From NCBI GenBank assembly GCA_964187785.1, contig OZ076409.1, forward strand, positions 38,318,001 through 38,382,000: a stretch of DNA of 64,000 nt, in the 5' to 3' direction. Within the stretch, counting starts at the first letter, position 1; the number at the start of each line of letters is the position of its first letter. The DNA comes from Amphiscolops sp. MND2022. Lineage: Eukaryota. Made by a program: the position numbers and the translations under genes. Below, in pieces: positions 26,010 to 35,869 of this stretch. The notes under the pieces were generated by a model. The model had not been told where the DNA came from. It did no database searches and was given only the letters and a program-made list of their open reading frames with translations.

Positions 26010-26208
26010 AACTACTGAAAAACAAAATGATGCAAGATAGGGTCCGAACAAATGATATTCTGAGGCCAAGGACATTGGAGATTGGCTCATTGCTGTTTGG
26101 TTTCCCTTACTATCGTCAGTTCGTTGTTCGAATTATTCCAGGTGTTGTCCAATTGTATATCCTTCAAATCATGAAGTTTTGCGAAAAGCCGCGATTGTAT
26201 TACAACAC

Positions 26209-26334
26209 TGATATGTACACTGAATTAGGTCTTTATATAATGCTTTTTATTTTTAGGTATGTCCCTTTAGTATGCGCCTTGTAATGAATACTAGCTTTTA
26301 TTGAACAGTGTTTTCATCCGAAGGAAACACGACA
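26209..26334 (+). mobile_element. 5' LTR of old gypsy element A' followed by a PBS-like ttggtgtcca
   Basis: tgatatgtacactga...aacacgaca aligns with the LTRs at 60604-60761 and 62210-62336; the downstream leader matches 37790-38340. Confidence 0.7.
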
Positions 26335-26379
26335 ATTGGTGTCCAATGTATGCTCAAGATCATTGCTGCCAGTTCACTT

Positions 26380-26714
26380 GGGGCAGGGACGTTTCGTCAC
26401 CAGCCATTTGGGCGACAAAAATTTCAGCCCATTTCGGCAACAATAATGTCGCCCAAATGGCCAAATATGTTCACATACCCCTAGTGCCCTAAATGCAGGA
26501 GCGAAGCGGAGCGACGTGCCATATGGCCATGCCTCAATGTTGCTACTTGGCGAAGGGAGCGAAGCGACCGAGCTATACAGCAAATATGGTAACCTCTTCA
26601 AATATATCACTTAGTTGATCAATTTGATCAACCCATTTGGTCGACACTTTTGTCGCCAATGTGACCGACGCCATATTATCGCCCAAATGGCTGGTGACGA
26701 AGTGTCCCTGACCC
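26380..26714. mobile_element. TIR MITE (ggggcagggac...gtccctgaccc) with a 7-8 bp TSD gttcact
   Basis: Long TIRs containing gtcaccagccatttgggcgac; second copy at 36310-36665. Confidence 0.85.
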
Positions 26715-26828
26715 GTTCACTACAATTCCATAGAAAATATTCAAAACAGTTTGCCTAAGAAACTACGAGAACTCGTCCACTCTGGTCCCGATTTAAGCCT
26801 TAACCCAGAGTCCGCGAACAAGTCAAAA

Positions 26829-26969
26829 GGATACGGGACAATTTGCCGAAAGACAATTTGCCAAAAATTGACTCAGGGACAATTTGCCGAATAATTTTCG
26901 GCAAATTGTCCTTCACGTTCGGCAAATTGGGTTTCGACAAATTGTCTTTCGGCAAAATGTCCCTAACCC
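26829..26969. mobile_element. Small Mutator-like foldback MITE
   Basis: Inverted arrays of gacaatttgccgaa; 9 bp TSD aagtcaaaa/aaatcaaaa. Confidence 0.75.
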
Positions 26970-27345
26970 AAATCAAAAGACGTTTACAGCTATCTTAAGT
27001 CTGAAGAACTGAGGAATAAAAAATCACGTGGGACGATATGATTAATAACACTATCACACTTCACAGAAATAACAACTATCAACATCAAAGTGTGATTCAG
27101 CTAGTGGATCATTGAGAAGTCCCACAAACTTCACCGGCAAAAATTATTGTCAACCTACAGGGTCAATCGATGTTTGAAGACCTGAGACTGACATTTTGAG
27201 CATGTCAGAGCAGCGTAGTGAAGTTCTCATTGAAAAATACAAAAGTTGAAAGCAAACTTTAATTTTCATAAGACCGAATGATACACACAAAATACAAAAA
27301 TTTGCATCAACCCAGCAACCTGGAACTCAGACCTCTGGGTGGTAT

Positions 27346-27891
27346 GGGGACCGCAACTAACGTCTAAGGAATAAGATCTAAAAAAATTTCGTAACTAAGA
27401 TCTAAAGAACCAAGATCTAAAAAGCATGAACCGTAACTAAGGTCTAAATTGAATTAGAATAACGTCTAAGGAATAATGTGGGGTCATATACGGTGTATGC
27501 ACGCTCGCCCTCACCGTCGCAAAGACCAGCTCCCACTACGATCGCTTCGCGATCTCCGTTCCCGCTAGGTCTTTGCTCCTGTTCGACCTCGCTTAGCAAG
27601 ATGGGAACATAAGCGGCCCCAAGGGGCCGCAGGGCACTAGAGGAAATTGGGACATATCTGAGGCACGTTTTATACTTTAAAGCATTTTATACTTTACCCG
27701 TAACATCTGAAAAATGGGAATAAGGAAATTAAAACGGGAATAACGTCTAAAATTTAGACTTTCGGTACGATTCGGGAGCTGGCATTCTCTAGATCTTGGT
27801 TACGAAAAATGACATTAAGATCTTAGTTCTTTAGATTTTAGTTACAGAAGTGCGTTTCGATCTTATTCCTTAGATCGTAGTTTGTGCCCAC
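27346..27891. mobile_element. Mutator-like MITE with a perfect 9 bp TSD and an internal GC-rich cassette
   Basis: TSD gggtggtat at 27337-45 and 27892-900; TIR-like tctaaggaataagatc / gatcttattccttaga. Confidence 0.8.
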
Positions 27892-28040
27892 GGGTGGTAT
27901 AGTCCTAATTTACAATCCGAACTTGAGGAAGATCTCGAAGTTCAGATCGTTTTTCATGTGTAGTAAAAGACTTAAATTCTACTTTTCTGTAGATATTAAA
28001 CAGCCTGATTATTTATGATTGAAAATATAAGAAACAAAAA

Positions 28041-30851
28041 TCAACAGCAATAGCACTTCAAAAACCTTCTACAATCCGATTTATCATAGCCATATTTAAG
28101 GTAGTTTCGGAAAATATTTTTCAGTTTAGGCTTAAATGAGGTCGTGTCAAAGAAGTCAATCTCGAATTTCGATGATACGAAATTAGCTAGATTAACAACT
28201 CTGTTTATGAAAAAGCTGTCAGTGGACTTCAGTCTTGTTTTCTTTTTAAAGAGAAGTTTTCGTGATGAAAATCGGGTGTCATAATGGCGGAGAGATTCTT
28301 TGTAGAGCAGTCCTGAACATATCGGAGAATCGTTCACAATACATTGATGTAGGAATAGGAGGTCGTTCAACTGAAACAGCAGAGAAAAGGGAAGCAAATT
28401 TAGGGCTAATAACCGACCCTTATAATCATCTATAAGTCCAAACCAACGAATAACTTTATTTTGAAAGACTTCTAATTTCGATAAATCAGTCTTGTTGGGA
28501 AACCATAGGACTGATCCATAGGTGATTATTGGTAGGATATAAAGTTTGTAAACTTGTGATTTTACATTAGCCGGTAAGGTAGTCGGTAAGGACCGCTTTA
28601 ACATCATGAATCGTGAAAAAGCTTTTCTAATACGAACATCGATGTGGGCTGACCATTTCAAATCAGACGTAAAATTGATACCCAAATCTTTAATAGGGAC
28701 CGTAGAAAACTCAATATCTTTAGAATCAAAGACCAATACACGTCTATCAGAAATTTTATAGCGATGAAGAGTAAACCATAGTAGTTCAGTTTTCGTGTTA
28801 TTGAATTCCATTTTATTTGCTTTCGCCCAGTTATAAATCCTTATAAGATCATTCTGGAGTTCAATGGGATCAGCATTTGAGATTTTCGAATCGTCTGCAA
28901 AGAGTAACATTATTGAGTCGACACAAACACCAGGCAAATCATTAATGAAGATTAAAAATAATAAAGGTCCAATAACCGAGCCTTGGGGGACACCACTTTT
29001 GATTGGAAGGGCAGTTGAGAGACAGTCGTCAATTTTAACTCGTTGTTCACGATCTTCGAGATAACTTTTCAAGAGTTTGAGTATATTGCCACCAATCCCA
29101 AAACTGGCAACCTTTTTCAATAAAATCTCATGATCAACACGATCAAACGCTTTGCTGAAATCAAGATAAACTGTGAAAACTTCATCTCCTCTGTCGAGGT
29201 TGTTGTATATGTAATCTAAGTGAATTAACAATTGGGATTGTATCGATTTGCTTTTCATGAACCCATGCTGTAAATGGGATATCTTTTTTGAGCAGTGGGG
29301 ATAAAGTTTTTTAAAAAGGAGCCGTTCAAAACAAATTGAAAGACGGGATAAAGATGCTACAGGTCTGTAATTTTCGATTACCGTTTTACATTTCTTTTTG
29401 TGCATTGGTCTAATGAAAGTTGTTTTCCAGTTTGCAGGGAAAATTGATGTACTGAGAATGTGTTCTGCCAATTTAAGAAAATGAATGCTAAATTCGTTGG
29501 AAATCTGTCGCAGTAGAAACCCAGAAAGACCATCCGGTCCAGTTCCATTTGTGCAACAGTTTAGAACTGAGTACACTTCATCTAGAGTGATTTCAACATC
29601 ATTCAATTCTAATTCATCGAAGTTGTTGAAATTTTTGATAGTTGAACATTCTTGATATTGGCAAAAGAAAAAGTCGTTGAAAGCATTGGCAATATCAGGT
29701 TTACCAGAGAAATTCTTTTTCTCCCATGTCATTTTTGAGGGATAGGACGAAGAATTTTTGAAAGATCTGACTAGATTATAACAGTCATGCATTTTCGTGT
29801 TGTTACTAACAAAATGGTTAACAAAACAATGGATATCCAACTCAATAGACTCCAAGAGGTCTTTTTTCACTGACATAAATTTTGATATGTTGTAATTTTT
29901 CGTTGAAGACGCAAGGGTTTTCAATTGATTATAAAGGTGAATCGAATGCGAAGTGTAATAGAACGGTAGACTCAAACGCTTTTGACGTTTCTTTCTCATG
30001 TGTTTCTTCAGAATTTCGTCGAAATTATCGAACCAATTCTGGCTATAAGTAGATTCGGAATTTGGCTGTACCATTGAAAATATATTGTCAGATAGGTCAA
30101 GCTTTATGTTTTCCACCGCATCTGGAGTAAGGGAGAAGGTTGAGTTGGATTGAGGCATTTCCCACTTTTTAAGATGAGAAGTTTCTAAAATAATAGTTAT
30201 TCCGAAGTGGTCAGACTGGAAATTTTTTCCCGACACAGAGATTGATTGAATGTCAAAGTTTGCGAAACAAAGGTCTAGAATATTGCCTCCGTCATGGGTC
30301 GTTTGATGAATTAATTGATCAAAGCCATTGTGAATGAAGAAATTGAAAACTTCGGAGTACTCCTCGGGAATTTGAGCGGGAAAGAGTGCCCAATTAATCG
30401 AAGGGATATTGAAATCGCCTAACACTAAGATATTTTTCTCGACCGACCAAAAAGCTTTGCAAATAACCGATTTAATAAAATTGAGGAGATGTTTATCCAT
30501 TATCCGGTATTTGCTGGTCAGGGGAGGATTATAAATAACTATCACCAAGCAGTTCTGGAAAATAACAGCGCAACCGAAGTCGAAATTTGTTTTGACCGGA
30601 GATGTATCCAAAGTATTCGAACATATCACCACACCACCATGTGAACCATCCTTCCGATCCGCTCGATTCAGGACTGTTGGGATGTCATTAGGAAATATAA
30701 TCGATTCAACATTTTCGTCAAACCAGGTTTCGCATAACAGCATCAAATCATATGAACCAGTCAGATAAAGCTTTTGTAAATCAATACATTTTTGGAACGA
30801 TAAGAGACCTTGCACATTCAAGTAGAGAATTTTAGAAACTTTTTCTTCCAA
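28041..30851 (-). CDS. LINE ORF2: apurinic-type endonuclease plus reverse transcriptase; no AUG at the predicted start
   Basis: ILYLNVQG, LCETW, LGDFN, ILDL and SDH (APE); YRPVASLS, LDFSKAFD, GVPQGSVIGP and FADD (RT). Confidence 0.95.
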   Translation of the reverse strand: MEEKVSKILYLNVQGLLSFQKCIDLQKLYLTGSYDLMLLCETWFDENVESIIFPNDIPTVLNRADRKDGSHGGVVICSNTLDTSPVKTNFDFGCAVIFQNCLVIVIYNPPLTSKYRIMDKHLLNFIKSVICKAFWSVEKNILVLGDFNIPSINWALFPAQIPEEYSEVFNFFIHNGFDQLIHQTTHDGGNILDLCFANFDIQSISVSGKNFQSDHFGITIILETSHLKKWEMPQSNSTFSLTPDAVENIKLDLSDNIFSMVQPNSESTYSQNWFDNFDEILKKHMRKKRQKRLSLPFYYTSHSIHLYNQLKTLASSTKNYNISKFMSVKKDLLESIELDIHCFVNHFVSNNTKMHDCYNLVRSFKNSSSYPSKMTWEKKNFSGKPDIANAFNDFFFCQYQECSTIKNFNNFDELELNDVEITLDEVYSVLNCCTNGTGPDGLSGFLLRQISNEFSIHFLKLAEHILSTSIFPANWKTTFIRPMHKKKCKTVIENYRPVASLSRLSICFERLLFKKLYPHCSKKISHLQHGFMKSKSIQSQLLIHLDYIYNNLDRGDEVFTVYLDFSKAFDRVDHEILLKKVASFGIGGNILKLLKSYLEDREQRVKIDDCLSTALPIKSGVPQGSVIGPLLFLIFINDLPGVCVDSIMLLFADDSKISNADPIELQNDLIRIYNWAKANKMEFNNTKTELLWFTLHRYKISDRRVLVFDSKDIEFSTVPIKDLGINFTSDLKWSAHIDVRIRKAFSRFMMLKRSLPTTLPANVKSQVYKLYILPIITYGSVLWFPNKTDLSKLEVFQNKVIRWFGLIDDYKGRLLALNLLPFSLLFQLNDLLFLHQCIVNDSPICSGLLYKESLRHYDTRFSSRKLLFKKKTRLKSTDSFFINRVVNLANFVSSKFEIDFFDTTSFKPKLKNIFRNYLKYGYDKSDCRRFLKCYCC

Positions 30852-30860
30852 CTTTGTGAG

Positions 30861-31673
30861 TCATTCAATTTGAACCTCCTTGCCATTTTGGTAGAGTTTA
30901 AGTTTTCTAATTTTCAAAGTTTTTGAATCAGTGCCATTCTGTATCATATCATATCTCTTTTGCAGGAGCGTTTTCTCGCGCAATGCGTCTTCTTTGGAAA
31001 GCCCAGGAGTAATCAGTACTTTGTGTTCCTGGAAGAGGTTATTTTCAATCGCTTTGGCAATGACCAGCCGTGCTTCCCATGGTGATTGGAATGTTATTAA
31101 AACTTTCCGTTTGCGTCCTGGGTAATAGCGGCCCATTCGTCTTACACCTTTGATCGGGAAGGAACAGTCAATTTTCTCAAGGACTTCTTCAATTTGAACT
31201 TGATCTTTAATCATCTGTTTTGATGCAGTGTTTTCAGGAGTTTCTTCAATGCCAGAGATACGTACTTGACATTTATAATCGTCAGTCATTACATTCATTA
31301 TTTTAGCAGTCGATGAATCAGGAGTTTTTGGTATCTCAAGAGGAGGAATCTTTGCTACTAATGTATTCAAATGAGAAACCATTTTACTTAGCTTTTCAGT
31401 TTCCTTTGGCAGATCCACACGAGCCCGCTGAGGTCCATCACACTCTTCACAGAACCAGTAGCACCCAGGGAGATTCCCCATTGCCGTCACCACAGCATTG
31501 TTTACGCCCAAGCAGACCCCGTGGAAGTACCTGAGGCATTGTTCACAGGCCAGGGCTGAATCCCCGTCAACTACCTCCACATCACATTTTCCACACGTTT
31601 CTTTTGCACAGGGTAGGAGGTCAGTAGTTGCACTTTTGCTGTTTGTCTGCTTCGTCTGTCTTTTTGGAGGCAT
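30861..31673 (-). CDS. LINE ORF1 with an N-terminal PHD finger and an RRM-like C-terminal half
   Basis: CGKC..ALACEQC..YFHGVC..WFCEEC (C4HC3); VRISGIEE and VRRMGRY..RKVLITF are typical of CR1/L2-type ORF1. Confidence 0.88.
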   Translation of the reverse strand: MPPKRQTKQTNSKSATTDLLPCAKETCGKCDVEVVDGDSALACEQCLRYFHGVCLGVNNAVVTAMGNLPGCYWFCEECDGPQRARVDLPKETEKLSKMVSHLNTLVAKIPPLEIPKTPDSSTAKIMNVMTDDYKCQVRISGIEETPENTASKQMIKDQVQIEEVLEKIDCSFPIKGVRRMGRYYPGRKRKVLITFQSPWEARLVIAKAIENNLFQEHKVLITPGLSKEDALREKTLLQKRYDMIQNGTDSKTLKIRKLKLYQNGKEVQIE

Positions 31674-31814
31674 CACAACCGGAAACTATTTAATAAGTTT
31701 ATCACAACAATTAGGCTTCTGTATTCTCACTCTCCAAAATGTTTCAGGCCGATCGGAATGTTTTCACGTGTCTAGATATTTTTTACATATTCAAATACCA
31801 AATAGTGGGGTCGG

Positions 31815-33904
31815 CAGGGATTGGAATTATGGCATGGCCATATAAATGGTACCCACCATGAAATAGACCCCTATAAATATCTCCATATTTTTGGAGGAAG
31901 CCATAAATAATGGCCATAATGGCCATATATATGGTGTCAAAATACAAGAGTCAAATGATGAATTGAATCAAACATTTCCGAAAACTTCAATCACTGTTCA
32001 CGACAAGCAAGAGAGTTTCGACGTCCCAGTAATTTTTATTCACAGCCAGGTACAGATTCTCTTCAAAATTCACAGGAAGGATCCTGTTTCGCAGGGGTGT
32101 TTGGATGTTTTTAGCCTTACTGAACATACGTTCTACAATATTGGAAGTTGGAGGATCCCAATGCAGCTTCATCATAGTTTTTAAAGCAGCAACCGGTTCT
32201 GGAGAGAGGAGTATGGTCTCCGCGAACGACTTGTGGCCCGTTTCAACGTCAGCATCTGCCAGTTTCAGATCTTCATAAGGGACAGTGAAAGATTTAACAA
32301 TAGCAGCTTCAAACTGAGGATTATTCACGATTTCGGCTCGTTCACTCAGATACTTGCACATGGAACAAAACCTCAACATGAAAGCGTCAAATAGTCGACG
32401 CACTTCCGCAATGGTTATGGAGTCTTCATGAAGTTTCAGAGTGACAGACTGTATATCTCTCAGATCAACCAGCAAATCCTGAAGTTTTAATTCCTCCGAA
32501 GGACCGGGAAGCAATTCTGCCAATCCAGTGTCTGTTTTATCAAGGAAGGATGTCAATTCGTGATGTCTGTGAAGCATATAGTAATTGGACGACCATCTGG
32601 TGATATTGCGAGTGACGGGTTTCAAATTGTTTTTTTTGCGCAATTTCCCTGCTTGTTTCAGATTTGATAATTTTTTCATCAGGCAGTTGACTTTTTCCAA
32701 AAGAACTTCTAGATCGTTCTGAACAAGCCAATGTTTGACAGAAAAAGCTAGGAGAGGTTTTTCATTCACACCATCCACATCGAAGCAAGCAAAAACGCCC
32801 ACGAAATGTCCACTTTGTTGCGACCATCCATCTACAATCGGCGTGTACGCCTTTGATCTAATTGCTTGGGTATGAATGGAATTAGATCTAGCTGTTAGGT
32901 CTAACTTTCAGATCTAGTTTTAACTAAAATACTTAGGTCTAACGCCTTTATGATCTAATATGTGTTCTGAAAGCGAAAATATAATGTGGGGCATATGCGA
33001 TGTATGCACGCTCGCCTTCACCGTCGCAAAGATCAGCTCGCACTACGATTGCTTCGCGATCTCCGTTCCCGCTAAGTGGGAATATAAGCGGCCCCAAAGG
33101 GCCGCGGGGCACTAGAGGAAATGGGGACATATCCGAGCCACGTTTTATACTTTATATCACTTTTTAGTTTTAGGTCCTAATTGACTTATTTTTTTTCTCA
33201 AATTAGATCATATTAGAAGAGCTTTTTAGAACTGAACATTTAGATCAATTTATTTAGACCTCAGTTTTCCCTCTCTTAGATCTTTTTCATTAGACCTGAT
33301 TCCACGTAGCTCTACAATCAAACCAAAGTTGCTGGGTAGGGCACTGGTTATCTTTTCGATTTCCAAGGAAACCAGGTCTATTAATTTCTGCAGTCTTCTG
33401 GCATATCGGCTCCAATTTAGTGTTCTTTCGTACCAATGGTTTGTCGACAAAACTGTACTCGCGGTTCTCCAAAATCACCCATTCCAACCAACGCAAAAAC
33501 TTTTCCGCCTTCTCGTTTACTTTAGGATACGGCAATACTGCTTGCTCTTTGGTTTTCGACTTCCTATACTCATCTTCCCAGGAGTCTTTGTGAACATTTT
33601 TCAAGTGACTCATCAAATTTGTATATCCTTTCTTGCCTGGTTGTTTCACCCTCTTATTGCAGGTGCACTTGAACATATCATCACCGAGAGGGGTAAAAAA
33701 GAAGTGTACAACAGATTTGTTTTGCAGATCCATGACCCTATCGAAAAGAAACATACGAAATGAATTTCCCGAGAAAAGAAAAATATGGTGCCATTATGGC
33801 AGAGCTACTATACATAATGGCCATTTTTCTCAGTGCAGCCATAAATAATTTCCATATATTTATGGCCATTTATGGTTATGGCCATTATGGAGTTCCAATC
33901 CCTG
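31815..33904 (-). mobile_element. hAT DNA transposon, defective (interrupted and internally deleted)
   Basis: 12 bp TIR cagggattggaa/ttccaatccctg; degenerate 8 bp TSD ggggtcgg/ggggttgt; subterminal ggccat repeats. Protein pieces: BED finger (KCTC..NLMSHLKNVH), reconstructed IVDGW, TRWSS and PPTSNIVERMFS. Confidence 0.9.
32840..33310. mobile_element. Non-autonomous element with a 9 bp TSD (Mutator-like, poor TIRs) inserted in the hAT transposase
   Basis: TSD tctacaatc at 32831-39 and 33311-19; related copy in reverse orientation at 35988-36879. Confidence 0.85.
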
Positions 33905-34299
33905 GGGGTTGTTATTTGGTATTCGGGGCAAACACTAATGTCAAATTGTTTGAATTCTGAAGACGCGACCGACACTCGACAGAACGTTAGTTCGAAACAA
34001 AACAAGCATGCAGGTGTGAATAGTCAATTGTCACAGGATACCAGTAAATCAGTAGTGGAGATAACAGACAGAAGCAAATCAAACGTACATGAATTACGAA
34101 AAAAATACGTTCATTTTTACAACAAATACTTCTATGTTCGATTTTTTGGAGTAAGTCGGCTCTGAAGATAGTCTCGCTGGATCCACACTTGTGAAGCGGA
34201 AACTCTTTAGATACGGTTTGAAGTCAAAGTCCGACGAATTCGATTGTTTGCCAGACTTTAAGAACTCCGAAAACGGTATTATACTGGATGGAAAGTATC

Positions 34300-35620
34300 T
34301 ATGACCTTTACCAGACGTTACACTTACCTCTGTATCTTCGTAGGAAACCAGTTTACGACAAGTGCCCCAAATGTAATGAGTGCCCCAAATAATTCCAACA
34401 ATGAGTTAGATGATTGGCCAGAATCAAGAGAATGGTACTGTACACATTGTCTTGGCTCGGACAGTATGTATGCAGCGCCTAGAATTGGTTTCAGATATGT
34501 AGATGATGTCCTCCGCACAAGTAGAGAATCACCAGATACAATTCTACAGAAGTGTAATCAACTACACCCAAATCTGGAATTCACAATCGAATTTCTGGAC
34601 CAAGAGAGGGCGATAGTGTTCCTTGATATGAAGATTAGGCGCAAGAATAACGGGCTCTTGGTGACGGAATGGTATTGAAAGCCTTCGGACACAGACGTGC
34701 TGATGAATTATCGTAGCTGTGCACCTTTGTTGTTTAAAAGGAACCTTTTTCAGGGATCAGTCCATAGAATATTTAACGCAACATCCTCATGGCCAGCATT
34801 TGATGAAGCGCTGACAACTTGTAAGAATGTTTGGAAGAAGAACCAATATCCGGAAGAGTTTATTGATGGTATCGTGCTAGATATCCTCGAGAAATGCAGA
34901 GAGAGACGCTCCAACAGTGTTGGAAATGCACACAGGGACAAGGAAATAAAGAAAGACCACTTTATCATTCAGTACAGGGGGCGGGTTACTGATCAATTCG
35001 TTCAAAAACTCAGAAAACTCATACCAATTCAGCCGATTTTGACAACGAACAAACTGAAAAACCTATTGCCGAGTTTAAAGAGTGGGTTCTCTAGAATGTT
35101 AAAAAGTTGAGTAGTATATGAAATGACATGTTCTGGGTGCAAGCTCAGCTATGTTGGTCAAACTGTCCGAAATTTTTCTACTCGCTTCAATGAACATCAT
35201 AGAGAATCGCAGCCCCTCGGACAACATCTGAAAACATGCATGGGAGGCTCAAGCAGTTACTCTTGGAAGATTATTGACACCGCAGGAGACCAAGTCACAT
35301 TACAGACGCTGGAGGCACTCCACATTGACAGACGGAAACCGGCTCTAAACACCCGAGACGAATACAGACAGCGACCGTTAACCATAAGAATTTAGCCGTA
35401 CCAAACGTTATGTTTGGCTGTTAAAAAGTATGAGCTTCGATGTCTCAATGTGTAATTAAAGATAGCTGTTAACCAGTGTGCTGGGTTACTTGTTTTAATG
35501 TTTATAGTTTTATGAAAACTTACAGTTGTTTTGTATTGTCTTATGTATAATTTGTTTTTAGAGTTTGACAATAACGGAAACGTCGAAAACGTTTACTCAA
35601 TAGAAGTATTTTTATCACGT
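34300..35620 (+). mobile_element. Penelope-like retroelement, truncated and decayed (RT C-terminal part plus GIY-YIG endonuclease)
   Basis: FRYVDDV, LHPNLEFTIE, FLDMKI and NQYP; VVYEMTCSGCKLSYVGQT..RFNEH and LEALHI..KPALN; several in-frame stops. Confidence 0.9.
35561..35598 (+). ncRNA. Degenerate minimal hammerhead-ribozyme-like motif in the Penelope 3' pLTR
   Basis: gagt-ttgacaat-aacg gaaa cgtc-gaaa-acgt-tt-actc: stem I, variant core, stem II, GAAA and a palindromic stem III. Confidence 0.5.
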
Positions 35621-35869
35621 TTCTTATCTTTACTCTTCGTAGGAAGCTTGACGTTCTAAGAAATTGTAAAAGACACCTCGCAATTTTGTAAGACACTCAT
35701 AAACGCTCTTTGAGTTAATGTGTTTTGTAATAACCTCTCGGATCGGCGAGCTTATTTCTCTGTCAACGCTGGCAAAATGCTCCAATTGATTCAAAACATC
35801 AGTCGTACTTTAAGCACTGCTTCCGCGTGTTTGAAGACGAACTGTTCACTCTTTTAACGTTTCTAGAAT

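Larger units (their letters stand above)
27950..31800 (-). mobile_element. CR1-group non-LTR retrotransposon with two intact ORFs (ends approximate)
   Basis: PHD-finger ORF1 followed by an APE-RT ORF2; no clear tail or TSD identified. Confidence 0.9.

Noticed and set aside
26829..26969. Short repeated units resembling a CRISPR array
   Set aside because: Inverted foldback MITE with a TSD in a eukaryotic context; no unique spacers or cas genes
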